DNA of 64,000 nt from Eledone cirrhosa (lineage: Eukaryota), in the NCBI GenBank assembly GCA_964016885.1, contig OZ024743.1, positions 114,824,001 to 114,888,000 on the forward strand, given 5' to 3'. Position 1 is the first letter of the stretch; every line of letters starts with the position of its first letter. Shown here in pieces: positions 1 to 14,685 of the stretch. The notes beneath the pieces were generated by a model that saw nothing but the letters and a program-made list of their open reading frames with translations, ran no database searches and had not been told where the DNA came from. A program made the translations under genes and the position numbers.

Positions 1-91
1 GGTGACGCGTGTTTCGCCACTGATCAGCTCAGGGTTCGATCTGTATCGATCTAGCCAGCCCGGCTCTGTAATCCACGGCTCGTCAGACCCC
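1..91 (-). ncRNA. Type I hammerhead ribozyme with a 64-nt stem II region (stem I cut by the window edge)
   Basis: Minus strand ggt-CTGACGA-gcc...ggc-GAAA-cacgc-GTC-acc. Confidence 0.75.
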
Positions 92-2984
92 TTATAATGG
101 TAATGTATATATATATATATATTCCCCTCTGACAGTTTCGCTAGATTAAAGTGTATCTCTAAAGCGAAGGAAAAACAGACTCATAAATAAAGGCAAACAT
201 GTTTATAATATTGTTGGGCTCCAGAACCTCTTCAATCGTATCTTCCATATGGGCAGAATTACAATCTATAGCCATAGACCTTATGAGATATAAAGTATTT
301 TAGCATTGCATATGATGTTGTGAAGTGTTTGAAACCATTGTGTTTACTGCTTTTCAATACTGCTCAACTGTTTATATTGAAACTGGTCATATTTGAAACT
401 CGGTTTAATTTGGCTAGTTCTTTGACTACATCTATTTCCATGGATCTGTAACTCGTGATGGGGTCGTATTAGTGCCGTAATGACATACACCTTTCTTTAT
501 TACTTTAAACATAGCATAGTTCGTCTCCTCTCCATATCCGAAAACAGTCGATTTCTTTTTTCCGGTGAAGGAGAGAAAGGTAGAGCGAGAGGAAGTGAGA
601 AGGTGATATAGAGAAACAAAATATACCCCGGTACTGGACTGGTACACTTTTATCGACCGCTAAAGGATGTAAGGCGTAGTTGACCTCGATGGGATTTGAC
701 CTCAGAACAGAGAGCCGAAATGATTACTGCCAATTCATCGCCATACATCTTTTTCTTAAGAAAGATTACATCATACAGTGCTGCTCTAGATGTATGATAG
801 ACCTTTGATATTTCATTTCTATAACTTCATTAGTGCTGGCCATCTGAAGGAATATCCTATATTGTGTTAAAAATTGTATCCCAAAGCAATGTTATCAATA
901 TCTCTTTTCTCTGAATTGACGTTATCACTGAATCTGTTATGAAAGCTCTTATAATGTGAAAATAATTGTTGGTACAATTCATATAGATCAGGGTTATTAT
1001 GATGGAAAAGTCTGTTAATTCTTTCAAATTCCTGCACGCACAGCAAGCGTGGCAAATTCAAAGACTTAGTCTTTCTTCTGGTTTGACATACTTTCTTCTA
1101 TCATCCTTAGTTTACATCGTGTATCAAACGTTAATCTCTAAAATACAATAGCAGAAAATACGCCTCGAGCGCTTTCTTATTCAGCAATTATAAAACTTGA
1201 ATTGTCCACGCAGGAGATATCGTTTGGAGAAAGGTTTTCAAAATGAAGTAGCACATTTCGAATTGGTTCAAACTCTGCAGTTCTCTACATTACTTTAAAC
1301 AACCCTTTGTACCTTTATGTCTTATTTCAACTGTGGAATATCTGAGAGTAGAAACAATGTATTTCATAACTTTGATACATATAGTACCAATGAATAACAA
1401 ATATATTTGAGCCGAAACAGGAAAGTTTTAGGCTAACTCAAACAGAGTTTCTACACCCAAACATGTTTTAGTCACATTTTAAAATTCTTCTTCAATCAAA
1501 TTGAATATATTTTTCCCGGGACTGCTTTCTATGAAACTAAAACTAAAAATTCAGGAGAAATTATATTTTTCATCACGTAAAAACCCCTCTAAAAGTTTTT
1601 CTTTCGATTCCTCAATAACCTAATCACCACTATCTTCACCCCCCCCCCCCCCACCAACACCACTAACACCAACATCCCCACCATCATCCCCCTTCATCAT
1701 CCACCAGACACCACAATCACCGGTGCCTAGGATTGAGAATCTGACACGCGTATAGTGTTATTTTTCATGGCTTATTCATAGGAGAAATGGCGAAGTGTCC
1801 ATGATTCATTTCACATCATGGATTTGCTATCTGATAGATCTTGTTATGACTATTTGCTGACATTTTATAGATTTAAGTATAAAAAACCAAACTAATAGTC
1901 TAAAACCACACAAGTAAAAACAAAAAGAAAAGAAAAAAGCTGATGAAGTGAATTACGGCAGTTGAAATATTCAGCAGAAGTAGATGATGCGTATTCCACA
2001 CAACTCATTGTCTTTCACTATTATCGACCGCTACACCTGAGGATTTTGTCAATCTTCTATTTTCTGATGCAAAAAATGCCACGGACAATGAATGCGACAT
2101 GGTAAATAGCTATACAAAAAGAATCAAGCATGAAATCAATGCAATTCCTAATTTACAAATCCTTCATTAAGCTAATGGAAAAATATACTAGAGTTGGGGA
2201 TTTTAATACCACCAACTTGCAGAAAACAAGGAATAAAATGATTTCTAATTTAGGCACAAAGCAGCAATTTTTGATAACTAAAAAAATCGATTATAAAAAT
2301 CCCAGTACATTTATTGGACTTGGGAGGATGGCAGGCAGAGTATACTTCGATGGAATTTGATATCAATTGTTACAAATAAAAATGGTTTCTAATTCAGGTA
2401 CAAGACAAGTAATTGGATAGGTATTCGATTAAATCGTCTCAGAATTTGACTGGCACATTATTTCATCAACCCCAGAAATATGAAGGGTAAACTTGACCTC
2501 GGCGAGATTTTAACTCAGAATACAAATTAATACCTCAACGCATTTCGTCCGACGCTCTATCTCTTCTGCTATCTACCATTTTAATAGAAAATGTAATGAT
2601 AATTTCTAATCTAGGCAAAATACCAGCAATTGGGATGCAGTGGTGGGTACTACAATAACATGGACCCTATTATTTGAGCGGCATTTTATGTTATCGACCC
2701 CAGACGGATAAAGTGTAAAGTTGAACTCGGTCAGATTCGAACTCAGTCTTTTATCATTGAACATGTATCGGTGAAGATCTCCGGCGTTCCTGGTCTTTGT
2801 AGCACATCTCTAGGCATTACATCTGGAAGAGTGAGACCCGTGAGTTTCCAGCATACTAAAAAGCCGATCTATATGATTTGTCCAAACAATTATACTCAAA
2901 AGACGAGTTTAGAGCAGCAGTTTAATAATATATATTGGCCATGTTTTAAAATAAGCTTTCAACTACTGAGCAATTTGACAAACA

Positions 2985-3165
2985 TTAGTATCGGTAGAGA
3001 GTCGGACGCCATGCTTTGACGCATAGAGTTACGGCCCTTGCCATTCTGAGTTCAAATCCTGTCGAGGTTGACTTTGCCTTTCATCCTCACGGGGTCGATG
3101 AAATAAAGTATCAGTGATGTACTGGGTAATTGCTGGCCTTGTACCTAAAGTAGAAACAATTATTT
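2985..3165 (+). mobile_element. tRNA-derived SINE, same family (further partial or older copies near 620-730, 2380-2745, 5301-5416, 35898-36030, 42795-42930, 46735-47100, 55600-55730)
   Basis: Shared B-box and core sequence on either strand. Confidence 0.82.
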
Positions 3166-3204
3166 TTTATATTTTCCATTAATTAAATATCTGTCAAACA
3201 CACA

Positions 3205-3252
<48 letters not shown>

Positions 3253-3279
3253 TCTCTCTCTCTCTCTATCTCTCTCTCT

Positions 3280-3360
<81 letters not shown>

Positions 3361-4181
3361 CATATCATATATATATATACACGCATACTTATACACACCC
3401 ACGTATGTACACATATACATACATATATACACACACACACTCATGTATATACATGTATATATACTCCATTAATTTATAGATTTTCTCGCACTATATACCT
3501 GAAAGCTTAAACATTTTAAGGAATTCTATAAAACATCAAAGATTTTTTAATACCATATTTTAAGGAAATCAATATATAATTGGCCATACGCTGCCAAAAT
3601 ATTGAACATGCCCAGAAAGATAAAATTGGTAAGGTTTTAGTAGAAAAAACTGAAATATGAAGAAAATTCTCTACTGTAACTAAAAGATTAATATACATTT
3701 GTATATTTTGAATGAAAGTATTTTGGAAACCTGGGTCCATATTTCTATAAATGTGACTATATTCTAGCTGACGCAAACCCTTCCCTGCTTTTTAGGATTC
3801 GGGATTGCACTATTATTTTTGAGGAGTAAAACGTTCCTGTGAACCTTGCAGTGAACCCTAAATAATTGAAAACTTCTGCAATTCATGTATTTCATTAACC
3901 ACTGATTATCAGGAAATGAGGGTTTTGATTATTTCGGTATTGAGTAATATAGAATCTGTACTTTGGTTTAACAACGATTAAGAAAGCTTGAGAGTCCAAG
4001 TAGACAATGTCGATATAGTGTGTGAAATGAGTTTGTATGCAGAGCTCTTGACACTTGCGTTGTGGTGAAACAGTTAGATTTGAGAGCGATCTTACTGTTT
4101 AATTTAAAGGAAAACTAGCAATAATTGAGCCTTGCTACACACTTAAAACTGTAAGTGATACATGGATATATAGATAAATAC

Positions 4182-4271
<90 letters not shown>

Positions 4272-5929
4272 GGCAGAAAGAGAATGTTCAGGATAGAGAG
4301 AGGCGACGTGTTGGACCTCCATCGTTTCGGACGATGAAAGTTCTAGTTGCTAGTGAAATTAACCTGTTAAAGTAGAGCTATGGTCAAAAGCAAGTAACAC
4401 AAGGCTCCCATCATTTTCATGAAGATATATTTCATCTAGACTATATTTATCCCTTCCTGACCATATTTCTAATTTCAATACGTTAAATGACAATTCGGAG
4501 CTTCATTATTATAATGGCTTTTGTAACATAACATAACAAAAGCTTCGTATATCAAATTTTTGAAGAGGGATTTAATCTAAATAGATTGGTTTCACAGAAC
4601 CGTAAATGGTGTTGGTCGGTTTGGTAACAGACATGGTTAGCATTGCATCTTTCTTAAGACAGAATGAGTCTGATTTGATGGTGGTTTGACCTCAATTTAT
4701 AGAAATTGGAGCGACTACAATCAGACACCTATATTCCTGAGCTATTTTGTTTATTTACAATATAATAATTAAAAAAAAACTTAGTTTGAAATTCTCATAA
4801 AAGTTAGTGAGATTTATTTTAAAATATCAAGTACATTCACTTTTCTTTGATCTAAGTTATCTTGAGGGAAGAGACTAATGTGACACTAAATAAACAACAA
4901 CAGCAACACCATATCTAAAGTCAATCTAGCGTGTGGTGTTATCTGTACTTATTACTCACTAAGCAGTGAGGATATTGAAGCTAGTGTTGCTGATACTTTT
5001 TCGATAGTATTTGCCTTCATAGGGAAGCTATTACATCTGAGAGCGATAGGCGGCTAAACTGAACGAGAAATTGCCAGTCATTAGTTCTAAGTTTCACTAT
5101 CTCTGTATAAGGAACTGATTAACTCAGTATTTGAATACCAGTATAATTAAATAATTAAAATTATATATCCAAATCATGAACTAATTCACTCACTTCAATT
5201 TTTTTACTATCTATGATACCCATCAACCTACATCGAGGTCAATCAGTGGAAAGTGGTTTGCTAATAAGACAGCGGCCTGCCTACTATTATTATCTACCTT
5301 TGTTCAAATCCCGCCGAGGTTAACTTTGCCTTTCATCCTTACGGGGTCGATAAAATAAAGTACCAGTAATGCACTGGGTAATTGCTGGCCTTGTGCCAAA
5401 AGTAGAAACAATTATTATCTCCACATTATTTGTCGAGCAATATTGGTCATGACCGCTGCTACGGTTGCAGGCAGGCCGCTGTCTTATTAGCAAACCACTT
5501 TCCACTGATTGACCTCGATGTCACGTGTTCGATTATTTTTGAATTTGCCACAGACGTAGAGGCAGTGATTTTCTCAATGGCTTGGAATTCAGTCCACGCT
5601 TTACTATTTCCTATCCACTGAATTATTTTTTAATAAGTTTCCAGTGTCCTCGCTTTGCCTGGAAACTTACATGAGAATAGACTTTCCTGACGACGGAATG
5701 CTTCTTTATATTATTCTTCGGAAAATATATTTACTCCATTCCAGAAACTAATTAGTTGGAAGTGATATTTTAGTAAGTAAGTTAATTTTATAATTTTCTT
5801 ATTTTACGTCTCTTATATTATTGTTCTGCAACCCCATGCATTGAACCACACTGTTATTAAGACAAAACCTATATATTTGCTAGCATTGATATGCATCTGT
5901 ATGTATATATATGTTACTAGATATGAATT

Positions 5930-5999
<70 letters not shown>

Positions 6000-6008
6000 A
6001 GAGAGAGA

Positions 6009-6358
6009 GAAAAAGATGAAATCGAAAATGCAACTGGAGACTTATTTTAAAAAAAATATATATATTTATTTGGTTCCTTTAACGGTTTCGCAGTTCTTCT
6101 GCTTTTCAAAAGTAGAGTTGAGATGGAGGGTCTGTGGTTTTTCTCACATCAGATGTGAGAAAAACCACAGACCCTCCATCTCAACTCTACTTTTGAAAAG
6201 CAGAAGAACTGCGAAACCGTTAAAGGAACCAAATAAATATATATATTAAAAAAAAATAAGACTCCAGTTGCATTTTCGATTTCATCTTTTTTTCTTTATA
6301 CTTTCACTCGTGAAGGACACCTCGGTTATTTTTCATTTTGTAAAAAAACCCTCACTTT

Positions 6359-6361
<3 letters not shown>
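6009..6361. repeat. Hairpin made of two PLE 3' ends (same family at 11190-11552 and 26320/29162)
   Basis: Near-perfect palindrome with apex ctcacatc-a-gatgtgag at 6151. Confidence 0.85.
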
Positions 6362-6395
<34 letters not shown>

Positions 6396-6476
6396 GTGTG
6401 TATAATAGTAGCTATGGTGCTTCCATAGGCGGTATGCCAAAATTAGCACTCAGTATTCATACAGAGCAGAATGCGG

Positions 6477-6787
6477 ATAGTATAAAATAACGAAAAATCA
6501 GTGATGCATATGAACTCAATTTATTGCGTGTTACAATTGTTTCGCCGGCAGGTAACTCGAGACATGATCACGGTATCGATCTGGCTGATTCTACGGCTGC
6601 AGATTCCTTCGGACACGAGCAGTTTGTTCGGAGCAAATTTTCTCACTGAGAAAATTTTCTCCGAACGAACTGCCCTTGTCCAGATCCATACAGTGATCAT
6701 ATCTCGAGCTACCTGCCGGCGAAACAATTGTAACACGCAATAAATTGAGTCCAGATGCATCACTGATTTTTCGTTTTTTTATACTAT
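6477..6787. repeat. Palindrome with near-perfect outer arms and imperfect ~177-nt inner stem
   Basis: GAAACAATTGTA at 6721-6732 and its reverse complement at 6532-6543 bound the inner stem. Confidence 0.85.
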
Positions 6788-8698
6788 ATATGGGAAATCA
6801 ATTACATTTGTGTATTTATATAAAATGGTGTCTAGTTATTCCACTGAACAAAACATACACTCCTTTGCTACTATCACCACACTAAATGCAGTGGACAAGA
6901 AATGTGTCCTTTGTAAATCTGTAAGTAGCGACGCTATTGTCCGTAATATCTATGAAAATAAATATATAAATAGTAAAGAAAATAATCAAATATTGCAATA
7001 ATGTATTCGAGTTCAATGGCACTGGGTTGGCAGTATCTGTAGAGCAACTTCTCCAACTTGATAAAATAAGTTAACAACTTGAAGGCAATAAAATTGATGC
7101 TCACGTCCCTTAAGCGTAAAATGAAAATAATTAGAAGGATTTTTATCCCAACCCGTTGTAGTGCGCTGTTCTGAGTTCAATTTCATAGTTTGCCATTGAA
7201 TGATGTAACACCAATGAAATATTACTAAAATATCGACCATCCAATCAATAATTCCATAAAATATATTATATAAATTCAAATATTTTATCGAATTTTATTT
7301 CCTTTTTTTTATTTACTCTGCCTCATCCCTTCTCTCATTTTCTCGTTTATTCTTTTCGTCTTGTGATATTTCAACGGTGTCCGTTATCTGGTAATAAATT
7401 CGGGCAACTTCCATATATAACCCATCAGCATATACAATACAGCTTCTACGCAAATCAGACACACAAAAACATACATAAACGCAGCCATTTCTAACTCTTA
7501 CAACAGACATACAAACAACATATTCATACACAGCTTACATCTATAGGCTGTATGTGAGTTTAATTATCAGCGAAGATGTCCCTTTAAAAAATGCACACTA
7601 TTTTAACACGCCATTTCAGATCAAAAGGTTTGTTAAACACATAATGTTCCACTTCTCTTCTTTTATATTTTGTGATATAGGGCTTCACTGGGAACATTAA
7701 GTTGTATTTGAAAACACCATGAATAACATGGACAAATACAGACACGCCATCACGGGCACACACACACACACTCACACAAACACACACAGACGCGGATACA
7801 CAAATGCACACATACACTCTATCTCCGACATACGAACATACACAGAAATACATCCACACTGAATCACACACACACCGAAACAAATATCTTTTTTGTTATT
7901 ATATTTCCAGATCGATTCACCCGATAAGAGACTCTGACACGTCAACCAATTCTAATGACCGTCCGCACATAGGCATGGAATTAGTTCTAATGAGGTGTGA
8001 GAAAATTGTGAAAAATTGTGAATTAAGAACAGGTAGTAGATGTTAGGCAGGGATGGAGACTGAAATGTCGGCCTCATGTGTTCAGAACTGAGAGAGAGGG
8101 AAACAGAGAACCAAGAGAAAGAGCGAAAGTTAAAGGAAAGAAGATAGACATGTAGTGTGACACAAATAGAGCAAGAATTGAAAGGAATAGAATGAAAGAT
8201 ATACAGAGAATCACAGAAGAAAATATAGGTTTGATTAGAAAGAGTGTGGAATAAGAACAGAGAGTTGAGAGCGAGAAAGAGAGATGAGAGGAAAGAGAAA
8301 TGAGAGTGATGGCAAGTAGAAAGACAAATGAGAAAGAGAGGGACAATATGGAACTCATTATACTAGATAGAAAGAATACTTATTTGTTAGTAAAAAGATC
8401 GTACCCAGCCATTGAAAACTGTAAGAATACATAGAATTGAGGAATAATGGTGTCTTTTATATACACTCCAACATGGCTGCAATGCGTGTGAAAGATTTTA
8501 GTCCAGTTGAGAGTAAATGATTTGTATTTAGAATTTCATTAGACTTTCTGACTTTGTTATAGATGTTCCCTTTTTATGTTATGTCCTGAATCAAAAATGT
8601 TTAATTCACGGTGCTTAAATTGATATTGGTCTCTTCCTTTGAAACGATGAATAGCAGAATGATGAAAGAATTCAAATATAACCTTTACTTCGGATTGC

Positions 8699-8919
<221 letters not shown>

Positions 8920-9772
8920 CTACCTACCTATATATATATATCTTTCTCTCTTTCCATTTGTCTCCTTTTATGTTTGATATTAAATGCATTAGTGAGTAAT
9001 AGCTTGATTGGACGTTCTATATATTGAATTAGATTCTATCTACCTATATATCATCGTTATCTTGATCCGTTGTTTTTCCTATCACCACCAACAGCACCAC
9101 CAAAATAAACAGCAACGACACACACACACATACACACATATATATTGACATTTGTAAATAAACCATTGTAGCGTCGAGTGAATTGACATTTTAGTAAATG
9201 TAAAAAATGTAGAACGTGGAAAATAACTGAACACAATTTCTGCGTTCGAGATTTTTTACATTTTACTAAGAATATACATACATACAGTCATATATATACA
9301 TACATAAATGTATGTATGTATGTTTGTAAGGTCCCGTAGTTCCTGATAGGGTCATAGGGGCACCGTGTTGACATACGGCGTTTGTTGGGCATTTTAACTT
9401 TGGCGGAGCCCATCCCTCTCCACGCCTGAGTACAGCAGATTTCTTCCAGCGAAGTATAGAAAGGGACAGAGTGAGGAAACGAGAAAGAGATCTAGATGAA
9501 GAACTGACGCCCATACTAGACTGGTACATTTTTTAAATAAATATATAAATATACATATATATATATATATTTGCTAGTAAAAAGATCGTACCCAGCCATT
9601 GAAAACTGTAAGAATACATAAAATTGAGGAATAATGCTGTCTTTTATATACACTCAAACATGGCTGCAATCATTGTGAATGATTTTAGTCCAGTTGAATT
9701 GAACACACGCAAAACCAAGATGGCGTAGGACAGAACAAAGGAGAGGCACAAAAACAAAGAAAAGAATCCCCA

Positions 9773-9815
9773 GTCACTGAAGAGGTCATAGAATGTGTGA
9801 CGAAAGAACTTTGAC
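9773..9815 (+). ncRNA. Minimal hammerhead ribozyme in a PLE end
   Basis: gtca-CTGAAGA-g-gtcata(gaatg)tgtgac-GAAA-gaa-CTT-tgac. Confidence 0.72.
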
Positions 9816-9959
9816 AATATATAAACAATCGTCTGGTTGTGGAACCAACCAACCGGAAATTTATAAATTCCTAAATTTATAAATTTAATTTATACTAAAT
9901 TGAAGTGAAAGCTACTGGTGTGTGTGTTTCTTATTGGCAACATGACCCTCCCAAAGCAT

Positions 9960-10004
<45 letters not shown>

Positions 10005-10241
10005 TATATAAATATAAATTCAGCAAGAATCACATTTCGGCGGGCAGAAAAAGCGAAACGTAACGCAATATATATATAAGTATATTAGGTTATGCAAGAA
10101 ATACTTCGGATTATCCTGAATGCAGTAATGGTTAATTACTACACTAGATAGAGTCGATGTACGGTGACGGGTTACCCAACGAGTTACAAAAGAACAGTTA
10201 AAGAAACTTGGTTTCCGATTCTTCTATATTTCGGAGTGTAG

Positions 10242-10557
10242 ATAAAGAAAGATTAATAAAACAGGTAGACATGATAAAAAGGTAATTTATTCCAAGTGTT
10301 TACAAATGTTTCCTTAGTAGTTACACAGCCTAGTCATACTATATGCAAATTGGTAGTTATTAATTTGCAGATACTCAATTTTCAAATGCTGTTCGTACCA
10401 CCAATTCTTCAGAATTAATATGGCTGGATCAACGTTTCTTAATAACTACCAATGTGGATATGGCATGTCTAGGCTGTGTAACAACTAAGGAGACATTAAA
10501 GACTTGGAATAAATTACCTTTTTATGATGTCTACCTGTTTTATTAATCATTCTTTAT
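10242..10557. repeat. Palindrome of a PLE-like end (half copy at ~23165-23270)
   Basis: Arms 10242-10345 and ~10450-10557 are reverse complements. Confidence 0.75.
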
Positions 10558-10631
10558 ATATATAAATATATATATATATATAAATATATATATATATAAA
10601 TAAATATATATATATATAAATATATATAAAT

Positions 10632-10668
<37 letters not shown>

Positions 10669-11136
10669 AATAGAGTAAAGCATGCCCAGAGAATTATTTG
10701 ATAATATATATTGGGATTTAGTGATTTAATCCTGTTATGTATATAAGCATTTCTAACAATAATTTTTACCTAATTATGTATGGTTGACCGTATATTTAAT
10801 TAATTTCCACGTGCTGTTGAAATGTTGGGTAAATATTCGATAGCGGTTGTGCGCGAAGACGCCGCAAAGGTATGTTTATTTACTGTTTCTTCATAGATGC
10901 CTTTTATTCTTATAGCCTGGTCTAATTCATTTTTGTGTGGTTAATTATGCTGATTGGGAGTAGAGATGATGTATATATATTATCAAATAATTCTCTGGAC
11001 AAATAATTCTCTATAGCATTTTGCTCTGATTATTTAATTTATTAATTCTTCAGTGAGCCATATCGTGAAAAGTTGCCAAAACACATATATACCTGTGACT
11101 TTGTTTAATTGGTGTATGTGTAAATATTTATATTTT

Positions 11137-11167
<31 letters not shown>

Positions 11168-12143
11168 AATATATATATAAATATATATATATTGATATAT
11201 TAGAAAGTGAGGTTTTTTTCACAAAATGAAAAATAACCGAGGTGTCCTACACGAGTGAAAGTATAAAGAAAAAGAGATGAAATCGAAAATGCAACTGAAG
11301 TCTTATTTTTTTAAAAAATATATATATTTATTTGGTTCCTTTACCGGTTTCGCAGTTCTTCTGCTTTTCAAAAGGTGAGTTGAGATGGAGGGTCTGAGTT
11401 GAGATGTGAGAAAAACCACAGACCCTCCATCTCAACTCACCTTTTGAAAAGCAGAAGAACTGCGAAACCGGTAAAGGATCCAAATAAATATATATATTTT
11501 AAAAAAAAGTAAGACTTCAGTTGCATTTTCGATTTCATCTCTTTTTCTTTATATTGATATATATATATTTATATATATATATATATTTATATATATTTAT
11601 ATATATATATAAATATATATATATAAATATAAATTAATACAATAACAGAGATAGTTTAAAGCTAATCTCTAACTGGTAAACATCTCACTCAACAAACATT
11701 GGGTTATATTTTAATATAAACCTAATTTAAGTGTTTGGGGTGCTAACAATATGTATTATATGGAAAAGCCAGTTGTATTATTTTATGAGATATAATTAAA
11801 GTTAAAATATATCTCTCTTTCCAAACAATTGTTTCATTATAAGTTTTCTACAAATTCGGAGAATACTTCCAGTTTATGTAGAAGCCTAATATACATTCAT
11901 GTAAGAATATATTTAGGTGGGCGCTTATAAATCATCAGTGGAAGCCCATTAAACTTTGATATCAGAAAAACATTTCTTACCACAGTTAAAAAACGTGTCT
12001 GTTAAGTTGCTCCTTCCCGCATCGAATGACCGGCAAATTTGAAATTCCAGCAGTTTTTGACTGAGGAAGTATTATAGCGTCACTAAGCGGGAAGGGGGGA
12101 CAACTACGATCCACGAAAGGAGGAAAAAAAATAATATACATAT

Positions 12144-12306
<163 letters not shown>

Positions 12307-12517
12307 TATATATATATAAATATATTGGTAAACGGAATAGAAAATGCTGACAAATTGTTCACAGTTGAAAAATGGTTTAATTAGGAATAAAAGAGTATTA
12401 GTGATTGTATGGGTTAGTATTCAGTTGTGGTTTTAAGTTTTTAAGTTTTTAGCGGTTGCGCATTTCTAAATGCTTTTCAAAAATAATGATAGAGTGTCCG
12501 TGCTGTTTGCTCTGATC

Positions 12518-12625
<108 letters not shown>

Positions 12626-12752
12626 AATATATGTATATATATATATATATATATATAAATATAAATATATATATAAATATAAATATATATAAATAAATAT
12701 ATATATATATTTAAATATATATATAAATATAAATATATATAAATAAATATAT

Positions 12753-12783
<31 letters not shown>

Positions 12784-12855
12784 AATATATACTATATATA
12801 TATATATATATAAATATATATGAATAAATATATATATATAAATATATATGAATAA

Positions 12856-12995
<140 letters not shown>

Positions 12996-13162
12996 TTAAT
13001 TGTACTATTTATGGTTATGAAAATACAAAAACCTTTAGCAGTTATATGTATTTTTTATACAAACCCTAAATAGTGGTAAGCAGTAATGTATTACTAGCTT
13101 ATTACCAGTAAGTTAAGTAGCTCAATGTAAAAACATCAGATGATTTACAGAGCAGTTATATG

Positions 13163-13241
<79 letters not shown>

Positions 13242-13274
13242 TATATATATCATAAGATTGTACTGAAAAAACTA

Positions 13275-13370
13275 TCTAATGTTGGTGTTTGTGGAAGGTT
13301 ACTACAGGGGATCAAATGTTTCCTTACAGACAGAACCCAGCATGTTGTAGTCGAAGGAGTAACACACATT
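13275..13370 (+). pseudogene. Tiny CR1/L2-like RT scrap
   Basis: NVGVCGRLLQGIKCFLTDRTQHVVVEG resembles the W...FL..R.Q.V RT motif. Confidence 0.5.
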
Positions 13371-13965
13371 AGACAACCATACAGAACAATTCCATCGAGG
13401 CTCTGTTGTTCGGCTTGCATCGTCTAAGGGCGTGTTGCGCAAGTACTGTGAAACAATAAATTTTAACACTTCTTTGCACAGAGATAATATCCATAGGCGA
13501 AACTACAATTGTCACTGCTGGCGCAGCTCCTGCTTCGGCAGTCCAGGTCTGCAATTCATTCACCCAGTGCCTGGCAGACAAAAAGGTGCTGCCATAAAAT
13601 GCGTGGTGAAACCTAACTTTGCTAACTTACTGACCCAGAACAACGCCGGGTTTTAATGCTAGTATATTAATATACATATATTAAATATATATATATATAT
13701 ATCGTTTCAAAATGTGTTTATTCATATTGGCAACATGACCCTCCCAAAGTATAAAAATATATATATATAGGAAAAAGTATGACCCCCGACGGCAGAGCTC
13801 AAGCCGTTTCTACGGCTATTTCTGGAAATAGTCTAGAAATACCCGTCGATAAGCTTGAGATCTGCCGTCGGGGTCATACTTTTCCTATTTCCCCCTTCTA
13901 CTACCCTAAGTATTGAGTAATCTGGTGCGTAATGGTCCATTTGGTTCCTTACCACAATTCCTTTG

Positions 13966-14019
<54 letters not shown>

Positions 14020-14165
14020 CTTTCAGGGATGCAGGTAAGCGTCCGTAGGTTCCCATATATATACATATAGTATATATCTATATATATAAAGTTGTAGTTC
14101 GTGTCTGTTTGTTTGTTTCTTTGTTTGTTCACGAACTCCTCCTATGGTTTATATATATATATAAG

Positions 14166-14628
14166 TATGTATACGTACATACATATATGTATACAGACGT
14201 ACAGTAGTATGTATATATATATATACATACATGGACACATTTATGTATGTACGTATGGGTTTACCGAACATTTATTAAAATGTTCTGTTTGTATGTAAAC
14301 AAACATCCCGAATTAAGCCGTACAGTGTTCGGCAACCATCGTTGCCCTTTTGTTCAACACTGACAAAAGAACGATGAACTAGTTTCTAGGTTATTAGCTA
14401 TCGTCAGCATAGTATACCTTTCTCGCAGATGATTGAACGTTTGAAAGTATATACTTTCCTTATGCATATTAACGGCTGAGCAGCCTAATTGGCATATCGA
14501 TTGAGCTAGTCGGCCGGGCGTACCGATAACGATAAATGGAAAAAATGAAATTTTATTTCTCACTCTTCGTAATTAAATATAAATATGTACACGTACATAC
14601 ATATATGTATATAGACGTACAGTAGTAT
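14166..14628 (-). mobile_element. Non-coding 418-bp HHR-containing unit with 45-bp terminal direct repeat (retrozyme-like)
   Basis: 14166-14210 repeated at 14584-14628 with 2 mismatches; HHR at 14371-14413; homologous to 30696-31176. Confidence 0.65.
14371..14413 (-). ncRNA. Type I hammerhead ribozyme
   Basis: Minus strand actatg-CTGACGA-tag(ctaataac)cta-GAAA-cta-GTT-catcgt. Confidence 0.75.
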
Positions 14629-14685
14629 TTATATATATATGTATATATATATACACATATATATATACATATATATTTATATATA

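Noticed and set aside
860-1270. Possible hAT-like transposase remnant on the minus strand
   Set aside because: Only vague motif resemblance; no TIRs or catalytic motifs recognisable.
1975-2101. Possible first coding exon of the channel gene (phase-compatible TG|GTAAAT donor at 2101)
   Set aside because: No Met upstream of the hydrophobic stretch and no convincing acceptor; cannot be supported without RNA data.
5683-5740. CTGACGA...GAAA motif
   Set aside because: Stem I cannot be formed; likely chance.
14075-14150. Helitron-like 5' start (tctatatatataaag...gtctgtttgtttg)
   Set aside because: Only ~70 bp and no matching 3' hairpin/CTAG end identified.
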